From contig OZ176052.1 of assembly GCA_964247055.1 (NCBI GenBank), forward strand, positions 13,330,001 through 13,394,000: a stretch of 64,000 nt of DNA, in the 5' to 3' direction. Positions 25,451 through 39,500 of the stretch are shown here, piece by piece; positions within the stretch are counted from its first letter, which is position 1; every line of letters starts with the position of its first letter. The notes under the pieces were generated by a model. It did not search any database. It was not told the DNA's origin and was given only the letters and a program-made list of their open reading frames with translations. The DNA is from Paragordius varius. Its lineage: Eukaryota; Animalia; Nematomorpha. Made by a program: the position numbers and the translations under genes.

Positions 25451-28400
25451 TATTAAACTAGTCGCATCAATACTCAAATTAAACTTTGTCCTTAAAAATC
25501 GGATATTGGTCACCGGTGAACAAAATTATTTTTTATACATTCTCTTAGTAAGACTACATCAAAATATAGAGATAGTTTGACAAACTCTTTCATATCCGAT
25601 TTTTACAACGATACTTTAAAAATTAATGTATAAAACTAGTCGCATCAATACTCAAGTTAAACTTTATCCTTAAAAAATGGATATTGGTCACCGGTGAACA
25701 AAATTATTTTTTATACATTCTCTTAGTAAGACTACATCAAAATATAGAGATAGTTTGACAAACTCTTTCATATCCGATTTTTACAACGATACTTTAAAAA
25801 TTATGGTATTAAACCAGTCGCATCAATACTCAAGTTAAACTTTGTCCTTAAAAATCGGATATTGGTCACCGGTGAACAAAATAATTTTTTATAAATTCTC
25901 TTAGCAAGACTACATCAAAATATAGAGATAGTTTGACAAACTTTTCATATCCGATTTTTACAACGATACTTTAAAAATTATGGTATTAAACTAGTCGCAT
26001 CAATACTCAAATTAAACTTTGTCCTTAAAAATCGGATATTAATCACCGGTGAACAAAATTATTTTTTATACATTCTTTTAGTAAGACTACATCAAAATAT
26101 AGAGATAGTTTGACAAACTCTTTCATATCCGATTTTTACAACGATACTTTAAAAATTAATGTATTAAACTAGTCGCATCAATACTCAAGTTAAACTTTGT
26201 CCTTAAAAATCGGATATTGGTCACCGGTGAACAAAATAATTTTTTATACATTCTCTTAGCAAGACTACATCAAAATATAGAGATAGTTTGACAAACTCTT
26301 TCATATCCGATTTTTACAACGATACTTTAAAAATTATGGTATTAAACTAGTCGCATCAATACTCAAATTAAACTTTGTCCTTAAAAATCGGATATTGGTC
26401 ACCGGTGAACAAAATTATTTTTTATACATTCTCTTAGTAAGACTACATCAAAATATAGAGATAGTTTGACAAACTCTTTCATATCCGATTTTTACAACGA
26501 TACTTTAAAAATTAATGTATAAAACTAGTCGCATCAATACTCAAGTTAAACTTTATCCTTAAAAAATGGATATTGGTCACCGGTGAACAAAATTATTTTT
26601 TATACATTCTCTTAGTAAGACTACATCAAAATATAGAGATAGTTTGACAAACTCTTTCATATCCGATTTTTACAAGGATACTTTATAAATTAATGTATAA
26701 AACTAGTCGTATTAATAAGTCGCATCAATACTCAAGTTAAACTTTGTCCTTAAAAATCGGATATTGGTCACCGGTGAACAAAATAATTTTTTATACATTC
26801 TCTTAGTAAGACTACATCAAAATATAGAGATAGTTTGACAAACTATTTCATATCCGATTTTTACAACGATACTTTAAAAATTATGGTATTAAACCAGTCG
26901 CATCAATACTCAAGTTAAACTTTGTCCTTAAAAATCGGATATTGGTCACCGGTGAACAAAATAATTTTTTATACATTCTCTTCGCAAGACTACATCAAAA
27001 TATAGAGATAGTTTGACAAACTCTTTCATATCCGATTTTTACAACGATACTTTATAAATTAATGTATAAAACTAGTCGTATCAATAAGTCGCATCAATAC
27101 TCAAGTTAAACTTTATCCTTAAATATTGGATATTGGTCACCGGTGAACAAAATAATTTTTTATACATGATCTTAGTAGGACTACATATAAATATAGAGAT
27201 AGTTTGACAAACTCTTTCATATCCGATTTTTACAACGATACTTTAAAAATTAATGTATTAAACTAGTCGCATCAATACTCAAGTTAAACTTTGTCCTTAA
27301 AAATCGGATATTGGTCACCGGTGAACAAAATTATTTTTTATACATCCTCTTAGCAAGACTACATCAAAATATAGAGATAGTTTGACAAACTCTTTCATAT
27401 CCGATTTTTACAACGATACTTTAAAAATTAATGTTATTAAACTAGTCGCATCAATACTCAAGTTAAACTTTGTCCTTAAAAATCGGATATTGGTCACCGG
27501 TGAACAAAATTATTTTTTATACATTCTCTTCGCAAGACTACATCAAAATATAGAGATAGTTTGACAAACTCTTTCATATCCGATTTTTACAACGATACTT
27601 TATAAATTAATGTATTAAACTAGTCGCATCAATACTCAAGTTAAACTTTGTCCTTAAAAATCGGATATTGGTCACCGGTGAACAAAATAATTTTTTATAC
27701 ATTCTCTTAGCAAGACTACATCAAAATATAGAGATAGTTTGACAAACTCTTTCATATCCGATTTTTACAACGATACTTTAAAAATTATGGTATTAAACTA
27801 GTCGCATCAATACTCAAATTAAACTTTGTCCTTAAAAATCGGATATTGGTCACCGGTGAACAAAATTATTTTTTATACATTCTCTTAGTAAGACTACATC
27901 AAAATATAGAGATAGTTTGACAAACTCTTTCATATCCGATTTTTACAACGATACTTTAAAAATTAATGTATAAAACTAGTCGCATCAATAGTCAAGTTAA
28001 ACTTTATCCTTAAAAAATGGATATTGGTCACCGGTGAACAAAATTATTTTTAATACATTCTCTTAGTAAGACTACATCAAAATATAGAGATAGTTTGACA
28101 ACCTCTTTCATATCCGATTTTTACAAGGATACTTTATAAATTAATGTATAAAACTAGTCGTATCAATAAGTCGCATCAATACTCAAGTTAAACTTTGTCC
28201 TTAAAAATTGGATATTGGTCACCGGTGAACAAAATAATTTTTTATACCTTCTCTTAGCAAGACTACATCAAAATATAGAGATAGTTTGACAAACTCTTTC
28301 ATATCCGATTTTTACAACGATACTTTAAAAATTAATGTATTAAACTAGTCGCATCAATACTCAAGTTAAACTTTGTCCTTAAAAATCGGATATTGGTCAC

Positions 28401-28614
28401 CGGTGAACAAAATTATTTTTTATACATCCTCTTAGCAAGACTACATCAAAATATAGAGATAGTTTGACAAACTCTTTCATATCCGATTTTTACAACGATA
28501 CTTTAAAAATTAATGTTATTAAACTAGTCGCATCAATACTCAAGTTAAACTTTGTCCTTAAAAATCGGATATTGGTCACCGGTGAACAAAATTATTTTTT
28601 ATACATTCTCTTCG

Positions 28615-29940
28615 CAAGACTACATATAAATATAGAGATAGTTTGGCAAACTCTTTCATATCCGAATTTTACAATACTTTAAAAATTAATGTATAAAACT
28701 AGTCGCATGATTACTCAAGTTAAACTTTGTCCTTAAAAATCGGATATTGGTCACCGGTGAACAAAATAATTTTTTATACATTCTCTTAGTAAGACTACAT
28801 CAAAATATAGAGATAGTTTGACAAACTCTTTCATATCCGATTTTTACAAGGATACTTTATAAATTAATGTATAAAACTAGTCGTATCAATAAGTCGCATC
28901 AATACTCAAGTTAAACTTTGTCCTTAAAAATCGGATATTGGTCACCGGTGAACAAAATAATTTTTTATACATTCGACTACATCAAAATATAGAGATAGTT
29001 TGACAAACTCTTTCATATCCGATTTTTACAACGATACTTTAAAAATTATGGTATTAAACCAGTCGCATCAATACTCAAGTTAAACTTTGTCCTTAAAAAT
29101 CGGATATTGGTCACCGGTGAACAAAATTATTTTTTATACATTCTCTTAGTAAGACTACATCAAAATATAGAGATAGTTTGACAAACTCTTTCATATCCGA
29201 TTTTTACAACGATACTTTAAAAATTAATGTATAAAACTAGTCGCATGATTACTCAAGTTAAATTTTGTCTTTAAAAATCGGATATTGGTCACCGGTGAAC
29301 AAAATTATTTTTTATACATTCTCTTAGTAGGACTACATATAAATATAGAGATAGTTTGGCAAACTCTTTCATATCCGATTTTTACAATACTTTAAAAATT
29401 AATGTATAAAACTAGTCGCATGATTACTCAAGTTAAACTTTGTCCTTAAAAATCGGATATTGGTCACCGGTGAACAAAATAATTTTTTATACATTCTCTT
29501 AGTAAGACTACATCAAAATATAGAGATAGTTTGACAATTTCATATCCGATTTTTACAAGGATACTTTATAAATTAATGTATAAAACTAGTCGTATCAATA
29601 AGTCGCATCAATACTCAAGTTAAACTTTGTCCTTAAAAATCGGATATTGGTCACCGGTGAACAAAATAATTTTTTATACATTCGACTACATCAAAATATA
29701 GAGATAGTTTGACAAACTCTTTCATATCCGATTTTTACAACGATACTTTAAAAATTATGGTATTAAACCAGTCGCATCAATACTCAAGTTAAACTTTGTC
29801 CTTAAAAATCGGATATTGGTCACCGGTGAACAAAATTATTTTTTATACATTCTCTTAGTAAGACTACATCAAAATATAGAGATAGTTTGACAAACTCTTT
29901 CATATCCGATTTTTACAACGATACTTTAAAAATTAATGTA
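28615..29940 (+). repeat. 4-monomer tandem duplication (709 bp)
   Basis: 9-bp deletion ATTCGACTAC at 28971 and 29680. Confidence 0.9.
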
Positions 29941-30599
29941 TTAAACTAGTCGCATCAATACTCAAGTTAAACTTTGTCCTTAAAAATCGGATATTGGTCA
30001 CCGGTGAACAAAATAATTTTTTATACATTCTCTTCGCAAGACTACATCAAAATATAGAGATAGTTTGACAAACTCTTTCATATCCGATTTTTACAACGAT
30101 ACTTTATAAATTAATGTATAAAACTAGTCGTATCAATAAGTCGCATCAATACTCAAGTTAAACTTTATCCTTAAATATTGGATATTGGTCACCGGTGAAC
30201 AAAATAATTTTTTATACATGATCTTAGTAGGACTACATATAAATATAGAGATAGTTTGACAAACTCTTTCATATCCGATTTTTACAACGATACTTTAAAA
30301 ATTAATGTATTAAACTAGTCGCATCAATACTCAAGTTAAACTTTGTCCTTAAAAATCGGATATTGGTCACCGGTGAACAAAATTATTTTTTATACATCCT
30401 CTTAGCAAGACTACATCAAAATATAGAGATAGTTTGACAAACTCTTTCATATCCGATTTTTACAACGATACTTTAAAAATTAATGTTATTAAACTAGTCG
30501 CATCAATACTCAAGTTAAACTTTGTCCTTAAAAATCGGATATTGGTCACCGGTGAACAAAATTATTTTTTATACATTCTCTTCGCAAGACTACATCAAA

Positions 30600-33500
30600 A
30601 TATAGAGATAGTTTGACAAACTCTTTCATATCCGATTTTTACAACGATACTTTATAAATTAATGTATAAAACTAGTCGTATCAATAAGTCGCATCAATAC
30701 TCAAGTTAAACTTTGTCCTTAAAAATCGGATATTGGTCACCGGTGAACAAAATAATTTTTTATACATTCTCTTAGTAAGACTACATCAAAATATAGAGAT
30801 ACTTTGACAAACTCTTTCATATCCGATTTTTACAACGATACTTTAAAAATTATGGTATTAAACCAGTCGCATCAATACTCAAGTTAAACTTTGTCCTTAA
30901 AAATCGGATATTGGTCACCGGTGAACAAAATTATTTTTTATACATTCTCTTAGTAAGACTACATCAAAATAATGAGATAGTTTGACAAACTCTTTCATAT
31001 CCGATTTTTACAACGATACTTTAAAAATTAATGTATAAAACTAGTCGCATGATTACTCAAGTTAAATTTTGTCCTTAAAAATCGGATATTGGTCACCGGT
31101 GAACAAAATAATTTTTTATACATTCTCTTAGTAAGACTACATCAAAATATAGAGATAGTTTGACAAACTCTTTCATATCCGATTTTTACAACGATACTTT
31201 AAAAATTAATGTATTAAACTAGTCGCATCAATACTCAAGATAAACTTTGTCCTTAAAAATCGGATATTGGTCACCGGTGAACAAAATTATTTTTTATACA
31301 TTCTCTTAGCAAGACTACATCAAAATATAGAGATAGTTTGACAAACTCTTTCATATCCGATTTTTACAACGATACTTTATAAATTAATGTATAAAACTAG
31401 TCGTATCAATACTCAAGTTAAACTTTATCCTTAAAAATTGGATATTGGTCACCGGTGAACAAAATAATTTTTTATACATGATCTTAGTAAGACTACATCA
31501 AAATATAGAGATAGTTTGACAAACTCTTTCATATCCGATTTTTACAACGATACTTTAAAAATTATGGTATTAAACTAGTCGCATCAATACTCAAATTAAA
31601 CTTTGTCCTTAAAAATCGGATATTGATCACCGGTGAACAAAATTATTTTTTATATATTCTCTTAGCAAGACTACATCAAAATATAGAGATAGTTTGACAA
31701 ACTCTTTCATATCCGATTTTCACAACGATACTTTAAAAATTAATGTATAAAACTAGTCGTATCAGTAAATCGCATCAATACTCAAGTTAAACTTTGTCCT
31801 TTAAAATCGGATATTGGTCACCGGTGAACAAAATTATTTTTTATATATTCTCTTAGCAAGACTACATCAAAATATAGAGATAGTTTGACAAACTCTTTCA
31901 TATCCGATTTTCACAACGATACTTTAAAAATTAATGTATAAAACTAGTCGTATCAATAAATCGCATCAATACTCAAGTTAAACTTTATCCTTAAATATTG
32001 GATATTGGTCACCGGTGAACAAAATAATTTTTTATACATGATCTTAGTAGGACTACATATAAATATAGAGATAGTTTGGCAAACTCTTTCATATCCGATT
32101 TTTACAACAATACTTTAAAAATTATGGTATTAAACCAGTCGCATCCATACTCAAGTTAAACTTTGTCCTTAAAAATCGGATATTGATCACCGGTGAACAA
32201 AATTATTTTTTATACATTCTTTTAGTAAGACTACATCAAAATATAGAGATAGTTTGACAAACTCTTTCATATCCGATTTTTACAACGATACTTTAAAAAT
32301 TAATGTATTAAACTAGTCGCATCAATACTCAAGTTAAACTTTGTCCTTAAAAATCGGATATTGGTCACCGGTGAACAAAATAATTTTTTATACATTCTCT
32401 TAGCAAGACTACATCAAAATATAGAGATAGTTTGACAAACTCTTTGATATCCGATTTTCACAACGATACTTTAAAAATTAATGTATAAAACTAGTCGTAT
32501 CAATAAGTCGCATCAATACTCAAGTTAAACTTTGTCCTTAAAAATCGGATATTGGTCACCGGTGAACAAAATAATTTTTTATACATTCTTTTAGCAAGAC
32601 TACATCAAAATATAGAGATAGTTTGACAAACTCTTTCATATCCGATTTTTACAACGATACTTTAAAAATTATGGTATTAAACTAGTCGCATCAATACTCA
32701 AATTAAACTTTGTCCTTAAAAATCGGATATTGGTCACCGGTGAACAAAATAATTTTTTATACATTCTCTTAGCAAGACTACATCAAAATATAGAGATAGT
32801 TTGACAAACTCTTTGATATCCGATTTTCACAACGATACTTTAAAAATTAATGTATTAAACTAGTCGCATCAATACTCAAGTTAAACTTTGTCCTTAAAAA
32901 TCGGATATTGGTCACCGGTGAACAAAATAATTTTTTATACATTCTCTTAGCAAGACTACATCAAAATATAGAGATAGTTTGACAAACTCTTTGATATCCG
33001 ATTTTCACAACGATACTTTAAAAATTAATGTATAAAACTAGTCGTATCAATAAGTCGCATCAATACTCAAGTTAAACTTTGTCCTTAAAAATCGGATATT
33101 GGTCACCGGTGAACAAAATTATTTTTTATACATTCTTTTAGTAAGACTACATCAAAATATAGAGATAGTTTGACAAACTCTTTCATATCCGATTTTTACA
33201 ACGATACTTTAAAAATTAATGTATTAAACTAGTCGCATCAATACTCAAGTTAAACTTTGTCCTTAAAAATCGGATATTGGTCACCGGTGAACAAAATAAT
33301 TTTTTATACATTCTCTTAGCAAGACTACATCAAAATATAGAGATAGTTTGACAAACTCTTTGATATCCGATTTTCACAACGATACTTTAAAAATTAATGT
33401 ATAAAACTAGTCGTATCAATAAGTCGCATCAATACTCAAGTTAAACTTTGTCCTTAAAAATCGGATATTGGTCACCGGTGAACAAAATAATTTTTTATAC

Positions 33501-36500
33501 ATTCTTTTAGCAAGACTACATCAAAATATAGAGATAGTTTGACAAACTCTTTCATATCCGATTTTTACAACGATACTTTATAAATTAATGTATAAAACTA
33601 GTCGTATCAATACTCAAGTTAAACTTTGTCCTTAAAAATCGGATATTGATCACCGGTGAACAAAATTATTTTTTATACATTCTTTTAGTAAGACTACATC
33701 AAAATATAGAGATAGTTTGACAAACTCTTTCATATCCGATTTTTACAACGATACTTTAAAAATTAATGTATTAAACTAGTCGCATCAATACTCAAGTTAA
33801 ACTTTGTCCTTAAAAATCGGATATTGGTCACCGGTGAACAAAATAATTTTTTATACATTCTCTTAGCAAGACTACATCAAAATATAGAGATAGTTTGACA
33901 AACTCTTTGATATCCGATTTTCACAACGATACTTTAAAAATTAATGTATAAAACTAGTCGTATCAGTAAATCGCATCAATACTCAAGTTAAACTTTGTCC
34001 TTTAAAATCGGATATTGGTCACCGGTGAACAAAATTATTTTTTATATATTCTCTTAGCAAGACTACATCAAAATATAGAGATAGTTTGACAAACTCTTTC
34101 ATATCCGATTTTCACAACGATACTTTAAAAATTAATGTATAAAACTAGTCGTATCAATAAATCGCATCAATACTCAAGTTAAACTTTATCCTTAAATATT
34201 GGATATTGGTCACCGGTGAACAAAATAATTTTTTATACATGATCTTAGTAGGACTACATATAAATATAGAGATAGTTTGGCAAACTCTTTCATATCCGAT
34301 TTTTACAACGATACTTTAAAAATTAATGTATTAAACTAGTCGCATCAATACTCAAATTAAACTTTGTCCTTAAAAATCGGATATTGGTCACCGGTGAACA
34401 AAATTATTTTTTATACATTCTCTTAGTAAGACTACATCAAAATATAGAGATAGTTTGACAAACTCTTTCATATCCGATTTTTTCAACGATACTTTAAAAA
34501 TTAATGTATAAAACTAGTCGCATCAATACTCAAGTTAAACTTTATCCTTAAAAAATGGATATTGGTCACCGGTGAACAAAATTATTTTTTATACATTCTC
34601 TTAGTAAGACTACATCAAAATATAGAGATAGTTTGACAAACTCTTTCATATCCGATTTTTACAAGGATACTTTATAAATTAATGTATAAAACTAGTCGTA
34701 TAAATAAGTCGCATCAATACTCAAGTTAAACTTTGTCCTTAAAAATCGGATATTGGTCACCGGTGAACAAAATAATTTTTTATACATTCTTTTAGCAAGA
34801 CTACATCAAAATATAGAGATAGTTTGACAAACTCTTTCATATCCGATTTTTACAACGATACTTTATAAATTAATGTATAAAACTAGTCGTATCAATAAGT
34901 CGCATCAATACTCAAGTTAAACTTTGTCCTTAAAAATCGGATATTGATCACCGGTGAACAAAATTATTTTTTATACATTCTTTTAGTAAGACTACATCAA
35001 AATATAGAGATAGTTTGACAAACTCTTTCATATCCGATTTTTACAACGATACTTTAAAAATTAATGTATTAAACTAGTCGCATCAATACTCAAGTTAAAC
35101 TTTGTCCTTAAAAATCGGATATTGGTCACCGGTGAACAAAATAATTTTTTATACATTCTCTTAGTAAGACTACATCAAAATATAGAGATAGTTTGACAAA
35201 CTCTTTCATATCCGATTTTTACAACGATACTTTAAAAATTAATGTATTAAACTAGTCGCATCAATACTCAAGTTAAACTTTGTCCTTAAAAATCGGATAT
35301 TGGTCACCGGTGAACAAAATTATTTTTTATACATCCTCTTAGCAAGACTACATCAAAATATAGAGATAGTTTGACAAACTCTTTCATATCCGATTTTTAC
35401 AACGATACTTTAAAAATTAATGTTATTAAACTAGTCGCATCAATACTCAAGTTAAACTTTGTCCTTAAAAATCGGATATTGGTCACCGGTGAACAAAATT
35501 ATTTTTTATACATTCTCTTCGCAAGACTACATCAAAATATAGAGATAGTTTGACAAACTCTTTCATATCCGATTTTTACAACGATACTTTAAAAATTAAT
35601 GTATCAATAAGTCGCATCAATACTCAAGTTAAACTTTGTCCTTAAAAATCGGATATTGGTCACCGGTGAACAAAATAATTTTTTATACATTCTCTTAGTA
35701 AGACTACATCAAAATATAGAGATAGTTTGACAAACTCTTTCATATCCGGTTTTTACAACGATACTTTAAAAATTAAGGTGTTAAACTAGTGGCATCAATA
35801 CACAAGTTAAACTTTGTCCTTAAAAATCGGATATTGGTCACCGGTGAACAAAATTATTTTTTATACATTCTCTTAGTAATTACATCAAAATATAGAGATA
35901 GTTTGACAAACTCTTTCATATCCGATTTTTACAACGATACTTTATAAATTAATGTATAAAACTAGTCGTATCAATAAGTCGCATCAATACTCAAGTTAAA
36001 CTTTGTCCTTAAAAATCGGATATTGGTCACCGGTGAACAAAATAATTTTTTATACATTCTCTTAGTAAGACTACATCAAAATATAGAGATACTTTGACAA
36101 ACTCTTTCATATCCGATTTTTACAACGATACTTTAAAAATTATGGTATTAAACCAGTCGCATCAATACTCAAGTTAAACTTTGTCCTTAAAAATCGGATA
36201 TTGATCACCGGTGAACAAAATTATTTTTTATACATTCTTTTAGTAAGACTACATCAAAATATAGAGATACTTTGACAAACTCTTTCATATCCGATTTTTA
36301 CAACGATACTTTAAAAATTATGGTATTAAACCAGTCGCATCAATACTCAAGTTAAACTTTGTCCTTAAAAATCGGATATTGATCACCGGTGAACAAAATT
36401 ATTTTTTATACATTCTTTTAGTAAGACTACATCAAAATATAGAGATAGTTTGACAAACTCTTTCATATCCGATTTTTACAACGATACTTTAAAAATTAAT

Positions 36501-39500
36501 GTATTAAACTAGTCGCATCAATACTCAAGTTAAACTTTGTCCTTAAAAATCGGATATTGGTCACCGGTGAACAAAATAATTTTTTATACATTCTCTTAGT
36601 AAGACTACATCAAAATATAGAGATAGTTTGACAAACTCTTTCATATCCGATTTTTACAACGATACTTTAAAAATTAATGTATTAAACTAGTCGCATCAAT
36701 ACTCAAGTTAAACTTTGTCCTTAAAAATCGGATATTGATCACCGGTGAACAAAATTATTTTTTATACATTCTTTTAGTAAGACTACATCAAAATATAGAG
36801 ATAGTTTGACAAACTCTTTCATATCCGATTTTTACAACGATACTTTAAAAATTAATGTATTAAACTAGTCGCATCAATACTCAAGTTAAACTTTGTCCTT
36901 AAAAATCGGATATTGGTCACCGGTGAACAAAATAATTTTTTATACATTCTCTTAGTAAGACTACATCAAAATATAGAGATAGTTTGACAAACTCTTTCAT
37001 ATCCGATTTTTACAACGATACTTTAAAAATTAATGTATTAAACTAGTCGCATCAATACTCAAGTTAAACTTTGTCCTTAAAAATCGGATATTGGTCACCG
37101 GTGAACAAAATTATTTTTTATACATCCTCTTAGCAAGACTACATCAAAATATAGAGATAGTTTGACAAACTCTTTCATATCCGATTTTTACAACGATACT
37201 TTAAAAATTAATGTTATTAAACTAGTCGCATCAATACTCAAGTTAAACTTTGTCCTTAAAAATCGGATATTGGTCACCGGTGAACAAAATTATTTTTTAT
37301 ACATTCTCTTCGCAAGACTACATCAAAATATAGAGATAGTTTGACAAACTCTTTCATATCCGATTTTTACAACGATACTTTAAAAATTAATGTATCAATA
37401 AGTCGCATCAATACTCAAGTTAAACTTTGTCCTTAAAAATCGGATATTGGTCACCGGTGAACAAAATAATTTTTTATACATTCTCTTAGTAAGACTACAT
37501 CAAAATATAGAGATAGTTTGACAAACTCTTTCATATCCGGTTTTTACAACGATACTTTAAAAATTAAGGTGTTAAACTAGTGGCATCAATACACAAGTTA
37601 AACTTTGTCCTTAAAAATCGGATATTGGTCACCGGTGAACAAAATTATTTTTTATACATTCTCTTAGTAATTACATCAAAATATAGAGATAGTTTGACAA
37701 ACTCTTTCATATCCGATTTTTACAACGATACTTTATAAATTAATGTATAAAACTAGTCGTATCAATAAGTCGCATCAATACTCAAGTTAAACTTTGTCCT
37801 TAAAAATCGGATATTGGTCACCGGTGAACAAAATTATTTTTTATACATTCTCTTAGTAAGACTACATCAAAATATAGAGATACTTTGACAAACTCTTTCA
37901 TATCCGATTTTTACAACGATACTTTAAAAATTATGGTATTAAACCAGTCGCATCAATACTCAAGTTAAACTTTGTCCTTAAAAATCGGATATTGATCACC
38001 GGTGAACAAAATTATTTTTTATACATTCTTTTAGTAAGACTACATCAAAATATAGAGATACTTTGACAAACTCTTTCATATCCGATTTTTACAACGATAC
38101 TTTAAAAATTATGGTATTAAACCAGTCGCATCAATACTCAAGTTAAACTTTGTCCTTAAAAATCGGATATTGATCACCGGTGAACAAAATTATTTTTTAT
38201 ACATTCTTTTAGTAAGACTACATCAAAATATAGAGATAGTTTGACAAACTCTTTCATATCCGATTTTTACAACGATACTTTAAAAATTAATGTATTAAAC
38301 TAGTCGCATCAATACTCAAGTTAAACTTTGTCCTTAAAAATCGGATATTGGTCACCGGTGAACAAAATAATTTTTTATACATTCTCTTAGTAAGACTACA
38401 TCAAAATATAGAGATAGTTTGACAAACTCTTTCATATCCGATTTTTACAACGATACTTTAAAAATTAATGTATTAAACTAGTCGCATCAATACTCAAGTT
38501 AAACTTTGTCCTTAAAAATCGGATATTGGTCACCGGTGAACAAAATTATTTTTTATACATCCTCTTAGCAAGACTACATCAAAATATAGAGATAGTTTGA
38601 CAAACTCTTTCATATCCGATTTTTACAACGATACTTTAAAAATTAATGTTATTAAACTAGTCGCATCAATACTCAAGTTAAACTTTGTCCTTAAAAATCG
38701 GATATTGGTCACCGGTGAACAAAATTATTTTTTATACATTCTCTTCGCAAGACTACATCAAAATATAGAGATAGTTTGACAAACTCTTTCATATCCGATT
38801 TTTACAACGATACTTTAAAAATTAATGTATCAATAAGTCGCATCAATACTCAAGTTAAACTTTGTCCTTAAAAATCGGATATTGGTCACCGGTGAACAAA
38901 ATAATTTTTTATACATTCTCTTAGTAAGACTACATCAAAATATAGAGATAGTTTGACAAACTCTTTCATATCCGGTTTTTACAACGATACTTTAAAAATT
39001 AAGGTGTTAAACTAGTGGCATCAATACACAAGTTAAACTTTGTCCTTAAAAATCGGATATTGGTCACCGGTGAACAAAATTATTTTTTATACATTCTCTT
39101 AGTAATTACATCAAAATATAGAGATAGTTTGACAAACTCTTTCATATCCGATTTTTACAACGATACTTTATAAATTAATGTATAAAACTAGTCGTATCAA
39201 TAAGTCGCATCAATACTCAAGTTAAACTTTGTCCTTAAAAATCGGATATTGGTCACCGGTGAACAAAATAATTTTTTATACATTCTCTTAGTAAGACTAC
39301 ATCAAAATATAGAGATACTTTGACAAACTCTTTCATATCCGATTTTTACAACGATACTTTAAAAATTATGGTATTAAACCAGTCGCATCAATACTCAAGT
39401 TAAACTTTGTCCTTAAAAATCGGATATTGGTCACCGGTGAACAAAATTATTTTTTATACATTCTCTTAGTAAGACTACATCAAAATAATGAGATAGTTTG

